Assembly: GCA_017440045.1 (NCBI GenBank)
Contig: JAFSIA010000011.1
Coordinates: forward strand, 96-64,095
Direction: 5' to 3'
Length of the DNA: 64,000 bases
DNA from: Lachnospiraceae bacterium
GTDB taxonomy: Bacteria; Bacillota; Clostridia; Lachnospirales; Lachnospiraceae
The translations under genes were made by a program, and so were the position numbers. This document shows positions 28,026-36,760 of the stretch, in pieces. The notes under the pieces were generated by a model. The model did no database searches and was not told the origin of the DNA. It saw only the letters and a list, made by a program, of their open reading frames with translations. Each line of letters starts with the position of its first letter. Positions within the stretch are counted from its first letter, which is position 1.

Positions 28026-29126
28026 CTAACTGTTATATTTCTTTAAATATTCTTCAATTGTGCCCTGATCAATCTTTATACGCTTATCCATAGTCTTCAT
28101 AATATCTCTAATCTGAAGAGTTTTTATAAGTGTATCACTTGAGAAATCATAAAGCTGATTGTCATTGAAGCAAAGAATCATAGGCCTTAAAACATTCTGC
28201 TCATTAGCCTTTACCACAAGACCGGTATGTCCATTGCTAAACTCAACACATACACCCGGATGTAGAATCTTCATGCTGTCAATAAGCGCTGCCACTATCT
28301 CTTCATCAAATCTATCAGTATTTGCTAAAAGGTCTCTTATGGCAACTATATCTGAACAAGGCTCCTTACCTATCTTCATAGATGTCAAATCATCATAGTA
28401 CTCTGCAACCTGCAATATCCTTGCACACTGCTTAAAACGCTTATCATCCGCAGTTATACTCTCATCTGTCTGAAGATTGTATTTTTGCTGAAGCATCTGC
28501 TTAATATTTGCATTATAAAAATCCATCTCCTGAAGCTGACGCTCACCCTTCATCTCACTCATATAAATCTGCATTTTATCATCATCAGAAAGCTCTGTCT
28601 TCTCAACAATATTTTGAGGTATGTAAAGCTTTCCTATATCATGGATAAGTGCAGCATACACCATATCTTTCATGTCATCTACACTTATGCGAAGTCTCGC
28701 TCCCATAAGAGCTGCCAATACAGCCACATTAATGCAGTGCTTATAAACATAATCATCACAGCTTCTTAGATTCTGTACGAAATTCACTTTATTGGAACGC
28801 TTCGCATATCTCTTTATGAGTGATTTAATAAGATCCATCATATTGATTGGCTTCTTGCCTGCCATAAGCGCTTCCATATCTTCTTTAAGACCAAAGACAC
28901 TCATAGTCTGAAATCTCTCGAACTCAATATCGTCCTCTGTCATCGGTGGAAGAGGCTCCGCCGGTTCAAGAATATATATACCTATAAGCTTAAAGTTTTT
29001 AATACTGTTTATACCCTGTTTTGTAAGCTTTGTATCTCTATCGTAAAGCATTACTCCATTTTTGTTATATATTGGCTTTGCCAACCTCATTCCCTTTGTT
29101 AATTCATTAACTCTTATAAATCGCAT
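28026..29126 (-). CDS. HD-domain protein (HD-GYP-like, GYP motif not evident)
   Basis: 366 aa with H...HDIGK and a VAEYYDDLTS block. There is no receiver domain. Confidence 0.7.
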   Translation of the reverse strand: MRFIRVNELTKGMRLAKPIYNKNGVMLYDRDTKLTKQGINSIKNFKLIGIYILEPAEPLPPMTEDDIEFERFQTMSVFGLKEDMEALMAGKKPINMMDLIKSLIKRYAKRSNKVNFVQNLRSCDDYVYKHCINVAVLAALMGARLRISVDDMKDMVYAALIHDIGKLYIPQNIVEKTELSDDDKMQIYMSEMKGERQLQEMDFYNANIKQMLQQKYNLQTDESITADDKRFKQCARILQVAEYYDDLTSMKIGKEPCSDIVAIRDLLANTDRFDEEIVAALIDSMKILHPGVCVEFSNGHTGLVVKANEQNVLRPMILCFNDNQLYDFSSDTLIKTLQIRDIMKTMDKRIKIDQGTIEEYLKKYNS

Positions 29127-29224
29127 TTTACCACCATCCCTTTTTCACAGACAAAACATACTATATGCATATTCTAACATATATCTTTTTTTATTAAAAG
29201 TGGAAAAATGCCATTTTTATCATA

Positions 29225-30049
29225 TTATAAATATAAATAATAATAATTTCTTATATCCTTCTTCCCAGAATCCCCTCCTGATGTTTTATTTACAAATCCG
29301 CACCGCTTGGCATACGCCTCCTCCTGCTCTCTTCCGCTTCCCGGAACTGCCAGCACAAAACCTTTTTCTTCCCTATATAAAAGAATATGTTTATGAACAT
29401 AATAACCTTCCATTAAAAATGGATTGCTGGTAAGTCTCCAGCAATGTCTTGGAAGCATCAACATATCCTGTGGTCTTAGCTTCACAACCGCCCGCTCCTT
29501 TCCTTCTATAAGGAATCTGACTTTGCAAAGTCTGCTAAATGCTCGTTCTATCATAGGATTCTGCACTTTTTTCTCTGTTTCCCTTTCAACCTTTACCTCT
29601 ATCTTAACCTGTTCTGTTTCCCTCGATGATTCTGGCTCTATACCCACATCTTCTATTATATTTTCCGGTATATTCATATCCTCTTTTGTAACTGTAAACT
29701 GATTTGGGGTATCACCCCAGAATACAACATAGGTATTTGAACCGCACTCTATAAACAGTCCGTCACCATGCCCCACCAGAACCTTTGTATTCATCTGACC
29801 ATCACAAATGGTTCCCTCTCCGATTTCCTTTTCCATATTGATAGCAATGCAGCCCGATTGCTTTTTATCAGGTATCTTAAATTCATATATTTTATATTTA
29901 CCTGTTACTTTGCTGGTATCTTTAAAGCATATATTTACCATACATTCATCGGTGCACATCATCACACGGCAAAAACCGCTATTTGCACATTTTGTATATA
30001 CTCCATCACTTTCCTTATATCTGTATATGTACGCAATTATTCTCTGCAA
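29225..30049 (-). CDS. hypothetical protein (274 aa; TTG start uncertain)
   Basis: Long ORF with no domain I recognise. The TTG at 30047-30049 lies 7 nt after a GGAGG that is part of the upstream terminator stem. Confidence 0.5.
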   Translation of the reverse strand: MQRIIAYIYRYKESDGVYTKCANSGFCRVMMCTDECMVNICFKDTSKVTGKYKIYEFKIPDKKQSGCIAINMEKEIGEGTICDGQMNTKVLVGHGDGLFIECGSNTYVVFWGDTPNQFTVTKEDMNIPENIIEDVGIEPESSRETEQVKIEVKVERETEKKVQNPMIERAFSRLCKVRFLIEGKERAVVKLRPQDMLMLPRHCWRLTSNPFLMEGYYVHKHILLYREEKGFVLAVPGSGREQEEAYAKRCGFVNKTSGGDSGKKDIRNYYYLYL

Positions 30050-30090
30050 AAAAAGACCTCCACATATATTTTTTAAAATATATGTGAAGG
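30048..30090 (-). terminator. Rho-independent terminator after the DUF3737-like gene
   Basis: On the minus strand: ccttcacatatatttt / aaaatatatgtggagg, followed by tcttttttt. Confidence 0.75.
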
Positions 30091-30113
30091 TTTGTTTCTT
30101 TATTATAAGAAAA

Positions 30114-30935
30114 TTATCTTATTACTACCTCTCCATTTGTCTCCATTACAGCGTCCTCGAAAATCACTTCTCCCACAGAATCTGCCACTATCTTTCCGGA
30201 CTTTGGATTCTTTACAGATATAATGTGACCCTTTACGTCAGCTTCCACATCAGAGTACTCAAATGACAAATCAGTGCCTTCCATTGTACAGTTGATTAAC
30301 TTTAAATCCTTGCAATAACAAAGTGGCTGCGTACCTATAATCTTACAATCAATAAGTGTCAACCCTTCCGAGAACCATGCAAGATACTCACCTTTAACAA
30401 CAGAATTTCTAACTGTGACATTTTTGCTATGCCAAAAGGCATCCTTTGTGTCTAAAACTGAGTCTGTTATCTCCACATTCTCCATATACTGGAATGAGTA
30501 CTTTCCCTTCATATGAAGCTTATCTATCTTTACGTTCTTAGATTCAAAAAGAAAGTAAACTGACTCCATATCTGAATCTGTGATATTAATATTGTTGCAT
30601 CTCCAGCCAAACTCGTCAGAAACAACCTTACAGTTATGTATGTCCACATTTTCACATTCTCTGAGACATTTAATGCCATTAATCGTAGAACTCTCTATCT
30701 CCCCATCAAACGCATACCAGATTGGTGCCCTGGTGCCTTCATCCATAGTAGAGTTCTGTATCTTGTATCCTCTTACATGCCAAAATGGGTATCTAAGTGA
30801 AAAACTGCTGTCTGAGACTACTATATTCCTTGCCTCCTTAAGCACTGACTCTCCATCAGCCGGACCTGCAAATGTACAATTCTTTACTTCTGTATTCTTT
30901 AGGTTATATAATGAGCGCTCTTCATCAAAAACCAT
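30114..30935 (-). CDS. DUF3737-like beta-helix repeat protein
   Basis: It has a repetitive pattern (NV.I.D/N...) typical of parallel beta-helix proteins and a DUF3737-like N-terminus (GESVLKEARNI..., YPFWH). I chose the start at the internal Met to avoid overlap with rsmA. Confidence 0.6.
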   Translation of the reverse strand: MVFDEERSLYNLKNTEVKNCTFAGPADGESVLKEARNIVVSDSSFSLRYPFWHVRGYKIQNSTMDEGTRAPIWYAFDGEIESSTINGIKCLRECENVDIHNCKVVSDEFGWRCNNINITDSDMESVYFLFESKNVKIDKLHMKGKYSFQYMENVEITDSVLDTKDAFWHSKNVTVRNSVVKGEYLAWFSEGLTLIDCKIIGTQPLCYCKDLKLINCTMEGTDLSFEYSDVEADVKGHIISVKNPKSGKIVADSVGEVIFEDAVMETNGEVVIR

Positions 30936-30969
30936 ATTTTCAATAATATCCAAAATCTCTTCCTCCGTG

Positions 30970-31830
30970 TTAAGCAAGATAATTAGCAAGCTCGGCAAAC
31001 TGCTCTAAGCTTAATGCCTCACCTCTTATAGTCTGGCTAAGTCCCATTGTATCAAGAGCATTAACTACCTGCTCCTTACTCAAACTAAGCTCTGGCGAAT
31101 TGTTGATGCTGTTTTGCAATGTCTTTCTTCGCTGATTAAATGCCGCGCGAATCAGCTTAAACATAAGCTTCTCATCCTTAACCTGCACAGGCACCTGTTT
31201 ATGTCGTGTCAATTTAATTACGGCAGAGCCTACATTAGGTCTAGGCATAAAACAGTTTGGCGGTACATTTGCTATGATTTCCGGCTTGGCATAATATTGA
31301 ACTGCCAGCGACAATGCACCGTAATCCTTTGTTCCCGGTCCCACCTGCATACGGTCTGCCACTTCCTTTTGTACCATAATTGTAATGCTTTCAATAGGTA
31401 CCTGACTCTCAAAAAGCCCCATAATAATAGGAGTTGTAATGTAATAGGGAAGATTGGCAACCACCTTTATAGGTTTTCCTCCATTTTCCTCATCCACCAG
31501 TTTATTTATATCAAGCTTCAAAATGTCTTCGTTTATGACACGTACATTGTCGTAATCCTTCAACGTATCATTTTCCAATATCGGAATAAGATTTTTGTCA
31601 ATTTCAACAGCGATGACCTTGCCTGCTGACTCACAAAGATACTGAGTCATAGTTCCGATTCCCGGACCTACTTCCAGCACCATATCGTCCTTTGTAATGC
31701 CTGCTGCACTTATAATCTTATCCAGCACATGTGTATCTATAAGGAAATTCTGGCCGAACTTCTTTTGAAACATAAAATTATATTTCTGCAAAATCTCTAT
31801 AGTATTTTTTGGTATTCCTAATGTCGCCAT
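30970..31830 (-). CDS. rsmA: 16S rRNA (adenine1518/1519-N6)-dimethyltransferase
   Basis: The ATG at 31830 follows GAGGAGGATG. Motifs are KKFGQNFL and VLEVGPGIGTMT. Confidence 0.92.
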   Translation of the reverse strand: MATLGIPKNTIEILQKYNFMFQKKFGQNFLIDTHVLDKIISAAGITKDDMVLEVGPGIGTMTQYLCESAGKVIAVEIDKNLIPILENDTLKDYDNVRVINEDILKLDINKLVDEENGGKPIKVVANLPYYITTPIIMGLFESQVPIESITIMVQKEVADRMQVGPGTKDYGALSLAVQYYAKPEIIANVPPNCFMPRPNVGSAVIKLTRHKQVPVQVKDEKLMFKLIRAAFNQRRKTLQNSINNSPELSLSKEQVVNALDTMGLSQTIRGEALSLEQFAELANYLA

Positions 31831-31995
31831 ACATCCTCCTCGATTCCGACTGTCATTTAGATAATATATCACGGTTGGAACAGATATGTAAAGGTTATTT
31901 ACTTTTACTCTCTTGTGAAAAATAATATTAGATGATAGAATAATAGGTATATTTATTGTGATTTTTTTTAAAATTCTTTATAAAAATATTTTTTC

Positions 31996-32040
31996 TTAAA
32001 ACCCAACACAAATCTTATGTGTTATTTAAGTAGAAGCACA
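31996..32040 (+). promoter_or_regulatory. promoter-like conserved motif, copy 1 (upstream of the sigma-fusion gene)
   Basis: ttaaaacccaacacaaatcttatgtgttatttaagtagaagcaca. It is 39/45 identical to 34152-34196 and ends 52 nt before the ATG. Confidence 0.6.
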
Positions 32041-32092
32041 AATTTTCTTAGTTAACGAATTATAACACTTTATACGTTGGGAGGAGACACTT

Positions 32093-34132
32093 ATGATAAC
32101 AGAAAATCTTATTAAAAAAGCTCAGACTGGTGATAAGGAAGCTTTTGCTGAAATTTATAATGATACTATTAAAACTGCCTATTATGTGGCAAAACGAATA
32201 CTGTTAGATGATGATGCAACAGAGGATGTGTTGCAGGAATCATACATAGCCGTATTTAAGAATCTTGGAGATTATAAAACAGGCAATTTTCAGGGTTGGG
32301 TAGACACTATTGTTGCAAATAGAGCTAAAAATTATTTACGCAAGAAAAACCCAATCTTCTTTTCCGAAATGGAGACTGAGGACAATCCTGTCGTTGAATT
32401 TGAAGAGGAAAAAATCGAGTTTAAGCCCGATGAAAAAATAGATTATGATGAAACTAAAAGACTTGTTTTAGATATAGTAGATGGGCTACCTGCAGACCAG
32501 CGTCTGTCTATTATATTATTCTACTATGAAGAGAAAAGTGTTAAAGAGATATCTGAAATATGCCAATGCTCTGAAAATACTATCAAGAGCCGACTGAATT
32601 ACGCCAGAAAGAAAATAAAGGAAGATGTTTTGGCATTAGAGAAGAAGGGCACAAAGCTTTACAGTATTCCTGCCATTCCTTTCCTTGTTTGGATGCTTTC
32701 AGAGGAGGCCAAGGCATGTGCTGTTCCTGAAGGTGCGGCTGCTATTTTAGCCGGCGTGGAGGGCGTTACAGGCAGTGTATCAGCCACAGCCGCTACTGAG
32801 GTAGGAAAAGAGGCGGCAAAAGAAGTTGCTAAAGCTGTTGCAGAGGAAGCTGCAAAGGAAACAGCCAAAGCCACTGTAGGTGCTGCCATAAAAACAGCTG
32901 CCGTTAAAGCTGGTATGACTGTTGGAACAAAGATAGCCATCGCGGCAACAGCGGCAACACTTGCCGTAGGTGGAACTGTAGCCGGTGTCGTGCTGACACA
33001 GGATGGTAGCGGTAATGAAGTTGTAGCTGATGCTCCAACTCATGAACATAATTACACAAGTGCCGTGACAAAAGAGCCAACCTGCGAGGAAGACGGACAA
33101 GGTGAGATTACCTATACATGTGAATGCGGAGATACATATATAGAAAAAACTGATAGAATCGACCATTGCACAGATGATATTGAAATAATCAGAGAAGCTA
33201 CCTGCAGTCAGACAGGTATTAAAACTTATTCTTGTATATTTTGCGGCCGTGAATTCGAGAGAGAAGAATTGCCGAAGCTACCTCATACAGAAAGTGATTG
33301 GATTGTAGTTACAGAGGTGACTGGCACCACAGACGGATTGCAACACATGGTTTGTACTGTATGCGGCGAGGAAACTGCCAGTGAAGTGATTTCCTCTGAA
33401 ACTTATGTGGTGGCAAGTGGTACTTTAGCAGAAGGAAGGATTCAGTGGGAGATAGTTGGAACAACACTTTATGTAAATGGAACAGGCGCAATTCCTGATT
33501 TTGAACAAGGCGGTCCATGGTATACCAACTTTGGAGACAGGTTTCCAGATATGAAGCCTGTAGCTTGGCAAATGTATTACAAAGATGTTGATGAAATCAT
33601 ACTTAGCGAAGGAATAACAGCTATTGGAAAAAATAACTTTTTTGGTTTTTCCAAAGTAACAAGCATGACATTTCCGAGCACTCTTACTAAAATAGGAATG
33701 CATGGTATGAATGCAATGGGACTTACTTCTCTTGAGATTCCAAAGCAAATAACAGAGATTGGCTTAGGTGCTTTTCAGAACCTTACTAACTTAACCTATG
33801 TTTTCATTCCTTCAAATATTAAAACCATTCCAGAATGCGGTTTTTGTGGTTGTTATAATTTATCAAAGATAGAAATTGAATATGGGGTTGAAAAAATAAG
33901 CGCAGATGCATTTTCTATTCTTGCTTACTATGATTTAGATGGTGTAAGACATGGTGGAAGCCCAGGCTTTGAAATTTACGTTCCAGAAAGTGTTACTAAG
34001 ATAGGTGACTTTGCATTTGCCACAGGCGATTCCTATGGTCCTATAACAGTTTACGGAAAGGCCGGCTCTTATGTAGAACAGTGGGTAGAAAATGAAAATA
34101 CCCAACCAGAAGTAACTTTTGTTGCCCAGTAA
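32093..34132 (+). CDS. sigma-70 family (ECF-like, regions 2 and 4) domain fused to membrane segments and an extracytoplasmic Cys-rich + leucine-rich-repeat (BspA-like) domain
   Basis: 679 aa. The N-terminus has the sigma-like blocks DDATEDVLQESYIAVFKNL, GWVDTIVANRAKNYLRKK and ISEICQCSENTIKSRLNYARKKI. Hydrophobic segments follow at about residues 190-205 and 280-300. Then come CxxC modules and LRR-like repeats (I...F..C..L..I.IP). Confidence 0.8.
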   Translation: MITENLIKKAQTGDKEAFAEIYNDTIKTAYYVAKRILLDDDATEDVLQESYIAVFKNLGDYKTGNFQGWVDTIVANRAKNYLRKKNPIFFSEMETEDNPVVEFEEEKIEFKPDEKIDYDETKRLVLDIVDGLPADQRLSIILFYYEEKSVKEISEICQCSENTIKSRLNYARKKIKEDVLALEKKGTKLYSIPAIPFLVWMLSEEAKACAVPEGAAAILAGVEGVTGSVSATAATEVGKEAAKEVAKAVAEEAAKETAKATVGAAIKTAAVKAGMTVGTKIAIAATAATLAVGGTVAGVVLTQDGSGNEVVADAPTHEHNYTSAVTKEPTCEEDGQGEITYTCECGDTYIEKTDRIDHCTDDIEIIREATCSQTGIKTYSCIFCGREFEREELPKLPHTESDWIVVTEVTGTTDGLQHMVCTVCGEETASEVISSETYVVASGTLAEGRIQWEIVGTTLYVNGTGAIPDFEQGGPWYTNFGDRFPDMKPVAWQMYYKDVDEIILSEGITAIGKNNFFGFSKVTSMTFPSTLTKIGMHGMNAMGLTSLEIPKQITEIGLGAFQNLTNLTYVFIPSNIKTIPECGFCGCYNLSKIEIEYGVEKISADAFSILAYYDLDGVRHGGSPGFEIYVPESVTKIGDFAFATGDSYGPITVYGKAGSYVEQWVENENTQPEVTFVAQ

Positions 34133-34151
34133 ATATATAAAATTTTTTATA

Positions 34152-34196
34152 TTAAAACCTAACACTAATCTAATGTGTTATTTAAGTAAAGGTACA
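34152..34196 (+). promoter_or_regulatory. promoter-like conserved motif, copy 2 (upstream of the transglutaminase-like lipoprotein gene)
   Basis: ttaaaacctaacactaatctaatgtgttatttaagtaaaggtaca. It ends 69 nt before the ATG at 34266. Confidence 0.6.
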
Positions 34197-34265
34197 GTTT
34201 CAAATAATATAAATTCGCTTTTTTACAAATCAAGCGAACAATTTCATCGAAAAGGAAGTGTCAGT

Positions 34266-36668
34266 ATGAAAAAACGTTTTTACACTCTTCTGGTTATAGC
34301 AGCATTCTCACTTGTATCAGCTACAGGCTGCTCTAATTCTCCAGAAGAAACAAAATCCGAAGTTTCTACTACAAAAGAAGCTTTGACAGAAAGTGACTCT
34401 TCACATAAGGAAGAAGCCACATCACAGAATACATCCTTAAATGAGGAAAATACCACATCTTACCAGGATACAACCACAGAAAATCTCACATCTTCTGAGG
34501 ATACCTCTTCTACAGAAGATGAAACAACCAGCTCTACCACTGAGAAAGAGACAACTACTTCCTCTAATAACAAGGGCAATGGTAGCAGCAACTCTAATAA
34601 TAACAGCTCTAATAATAGCAACACTAATAATAACAATTCTAATAACAACAGCTCTAACAATAACGGCTCTAATAATAATGGTAATGTCGTTGCTGATAAA
34701 AACAGCGATAAAATCGCCGAGTCATATGGTGGCAGTGCTACATCAGAGGCAAAAAAGCTGGCACAGGCTGTTATTGACAAAATCATCACAAAAAATATGA
34801 GTGATTTTGAAAAAGCAAAGGCAATTCATGACTATATGGTTGTAAATATTGATTACGATTATGACAACTACCTTGCAAACACAATTCCAAACGCCAGCTA
34901 CAATGTCATTGGCGCATTAAAAAATAAATATGCCGTTTGTGCAGGATACGCAAAAACCTTTGACCTTTTATGTGAGCTTGCCGGCCTTGAATGTACATAT
35001 GTAACCGGTACTGCCGGCGGACCTCATGCCTGGAACCAGGTTAAAATAGACGGAAAATGGTACAACGTAGATGTAACTTGGGATGACCCTGTTTCTACAG
35101 ATAAGGCATTTGATGACCACAAATATAACCGTTACAGCTATTTCCTCATCTCAGATGAACTTATGTACAAAGACCACACAGCAAAGAGCTCTGTACAAAC
35201 CTGTTCTTCATCATTACATACAAAAGCTTATGAAGTGGGTGCTCCATGGCTTAGTGACATATCTCCAAGAGTAACAGACGAAGCTTCTCTCTCAGCTGCG
35301 GTAAAGAAAGCTATCGATGCAAACTCCTCACAAATAAGCATTTCGTGGGATACAAATTGGATTAGCATATCAGACATGAGCAAAAAAATAAAAGGAATGA
35401 TGCTGGAATTTGTGACGCATAATTATGGTATAGAAAAGTATTCTTATGTTAGAATTCCAAACACAACTATATGTAGCTGTACATTTTATACGAATCTGTC
35501 AAATGGTAAATATACACCTGTCAAAAAGCTCTGTACAAAAGAGGACATTAAAAACCTCATAAAGACTATAAAAGACGCCGACTATGACCAGACTAATTAT
35601 CCAATGGCTAGCGAGCTTGTCAATGATGACATTTTTTATGAGATTGCTGTATGGGCCTATGATAGTCTTGATGTGACTGTACATATAAGCGAAAGCTCCA
35701 TAGAAGTAAATAGCACCACAAAATATGTTCATGTGTTTGTAGGTGAAAACAATTATCACGGTTCTCATTACAACAATGAAGCCTACTGTATTAAGTCTGT
35801 GGCTGATATAGAAGGTTTATTAAAAGAGCTCCATACAACACCTTATAGCTTCCGTGTTATATATAGATACGGAGACGAATTAGGCAGACTATCAGCCGAT
35901 GAAGCTGAAAACTATGTTAAAAACAATTTAGCTCCGGCTTGGGCAAGTAAATACTGTTATGAAAATTATAAGGTCTCATTTGATGACTTTGTATGTGTTA
36001 TGTCTATAACCTTCTATAACCCTTGTCACAGCAGCTCAGGAGAAAAATGGCAGTATTCAAAGGAACCAACCTGTATAGAAAGTGGTACCTCAATACTAAA
36101 GTGCGGTAAATGCAAGAATATAATAAATAGTCACGAAGTAGACCCAACTGGTGTACACGACACTTACTGGGTATACGAAAACGAAGCCACAAGACATCTT
36201 GCTTGTAAAAACTGCACTTATACCGGTCCTTCCTTACACAACTACGGAGATGTCTGGGGATATTATGACAATAATGCCGCTTCAGAATTATTTACAGCTG
36301 CAAATAAAAATCGCGAAAATGCAGTCCATTATAATATTGATGATTTTGGAAATTTAATCAGTATTGAGACTCCACCACAGCTCATATATGACAGTTCTCT
36401 GTCGGCAGAATTAAACAATGTAGTTTTACAGGCTGCAGGGGCGCTATTAAATGGCAGTGGTTGGAACTTTGACTACAACATAGCTATAGTTTCAGGCACT
36501 TCCACTGTTGATATGGCATGCTCTGCTTTGACAACAGCATCATCTCATCACCGTGAGCTTTTTAACAATAAGTATCTTACTAAAGCCGGTGTGTGCTGTT
36601 TCTATTTTGATAAAGACGGAACAGGACTTAAGCTTACACCAATTTGGTGCATATATTACGCAGAATAA
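34266..36668 (+). CDS. lipoprotein with S/T/N low-complexity linker, transglutaminase-like cysteine protease core and a C-terminal Cys-rich module
   Basis: The lipobox is LVSATGC. The poly-Asn/Ser tract is at 34561-34686. The Cys-His-Asp core is YAVCAGYAKTF...GPHAWNQV...NVDVTWDD. The ORF-track 5' extension is rejected. Confidence 0.85.
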   Translation: MKKRFYTLLVIAAFSLVSATGCSNSPEETKSEVSTTKEALTESDSSHKEEATSQNTSLNEENTTSYQDTTTENLTSSEDTSSTEDETTSSTTEKETTTSSNNKGNGSSNSNNNSSNNSNTNNNNSNNNSSNNNGSNNNGNVVADKNSDKIAESYGGSATSEAKKLAQAVIDKIITKNMSDFEKAKAIHDYMVVNIDYDYDNYLANTIPNASYNVIGALKNKYAVCAGYAKTFDLLCELAGLECTYVTGTAGGPHAWNQVKIDGKWYNVDVTWDDPVSTDKAFDDHKYNRYSYFLISDELMYKDHTAKSSVQTCSSSLHTKAYEVGAPWLSDISPRVTDEASLSAAVKKAIDANSSQISISWDTNWISISDMSKKIKGMMLEFVTHNYGIEKYSYVRIPNTTICSCTFYTNLSNGKYTPVKKLCTKEDIKNLIKTIKDADYDQTNYPMASELVNDDIFYEIAVWAYDSLDVTVHISESSIEVNSTTKYVHVFVGENNYHGSHYNNEAYCIKSVADIEGLLKELHTTPYSFRVIYRYGDELGRLSADEAENYVKNNLAPAWASKYCYENYKVSFDDFVCVMSITFYNPCHSSSGEKWQYSKEPTCIESGTSILKCGKCKNIINSHEVDPTGVHDTYWVYENEATRHLACKNCTYTGPSLHNYGDVWGYYDNNAASELFTAANKNRENAVHYNIDDFGNLISIETPPQLIYDSSLSAELNNVVLQAAGALLNGSGWNFDYNIAIVSGTSTVDMACSALTTASSHHRELFNNKYLTKAGVCCFYFDKDGTGLKLTPIWCIYYAE

Positions 36669-36691
36669 ATCTTTATGCTAATTATTAAAGA

Positions 36692-36738
36692 ATATCCGCT
36701 ATCATCAGTTTTTCTGATAATAGCGGATATCTCTTTTT
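36692..36738 (+). terminator. Rho-independent terminator after the lipoprotein gene
   Basis: atatccgctatcatcag / ctgataatagcggatat, followed by ctcttttt. Confidence 0.8.
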
Positions 36739-36760
36739 ATAGTTTATGATTATACAGTGC

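Noticed and set aside
34119-34265. 5' extension of the lipoprotein ORF that overlaps the end of the sigma-fusion gene.
   Set aside because: The extension covers the conserved promoter-like motif. The ATG at 34266 gives a canonical lipoprotein signal peptide.
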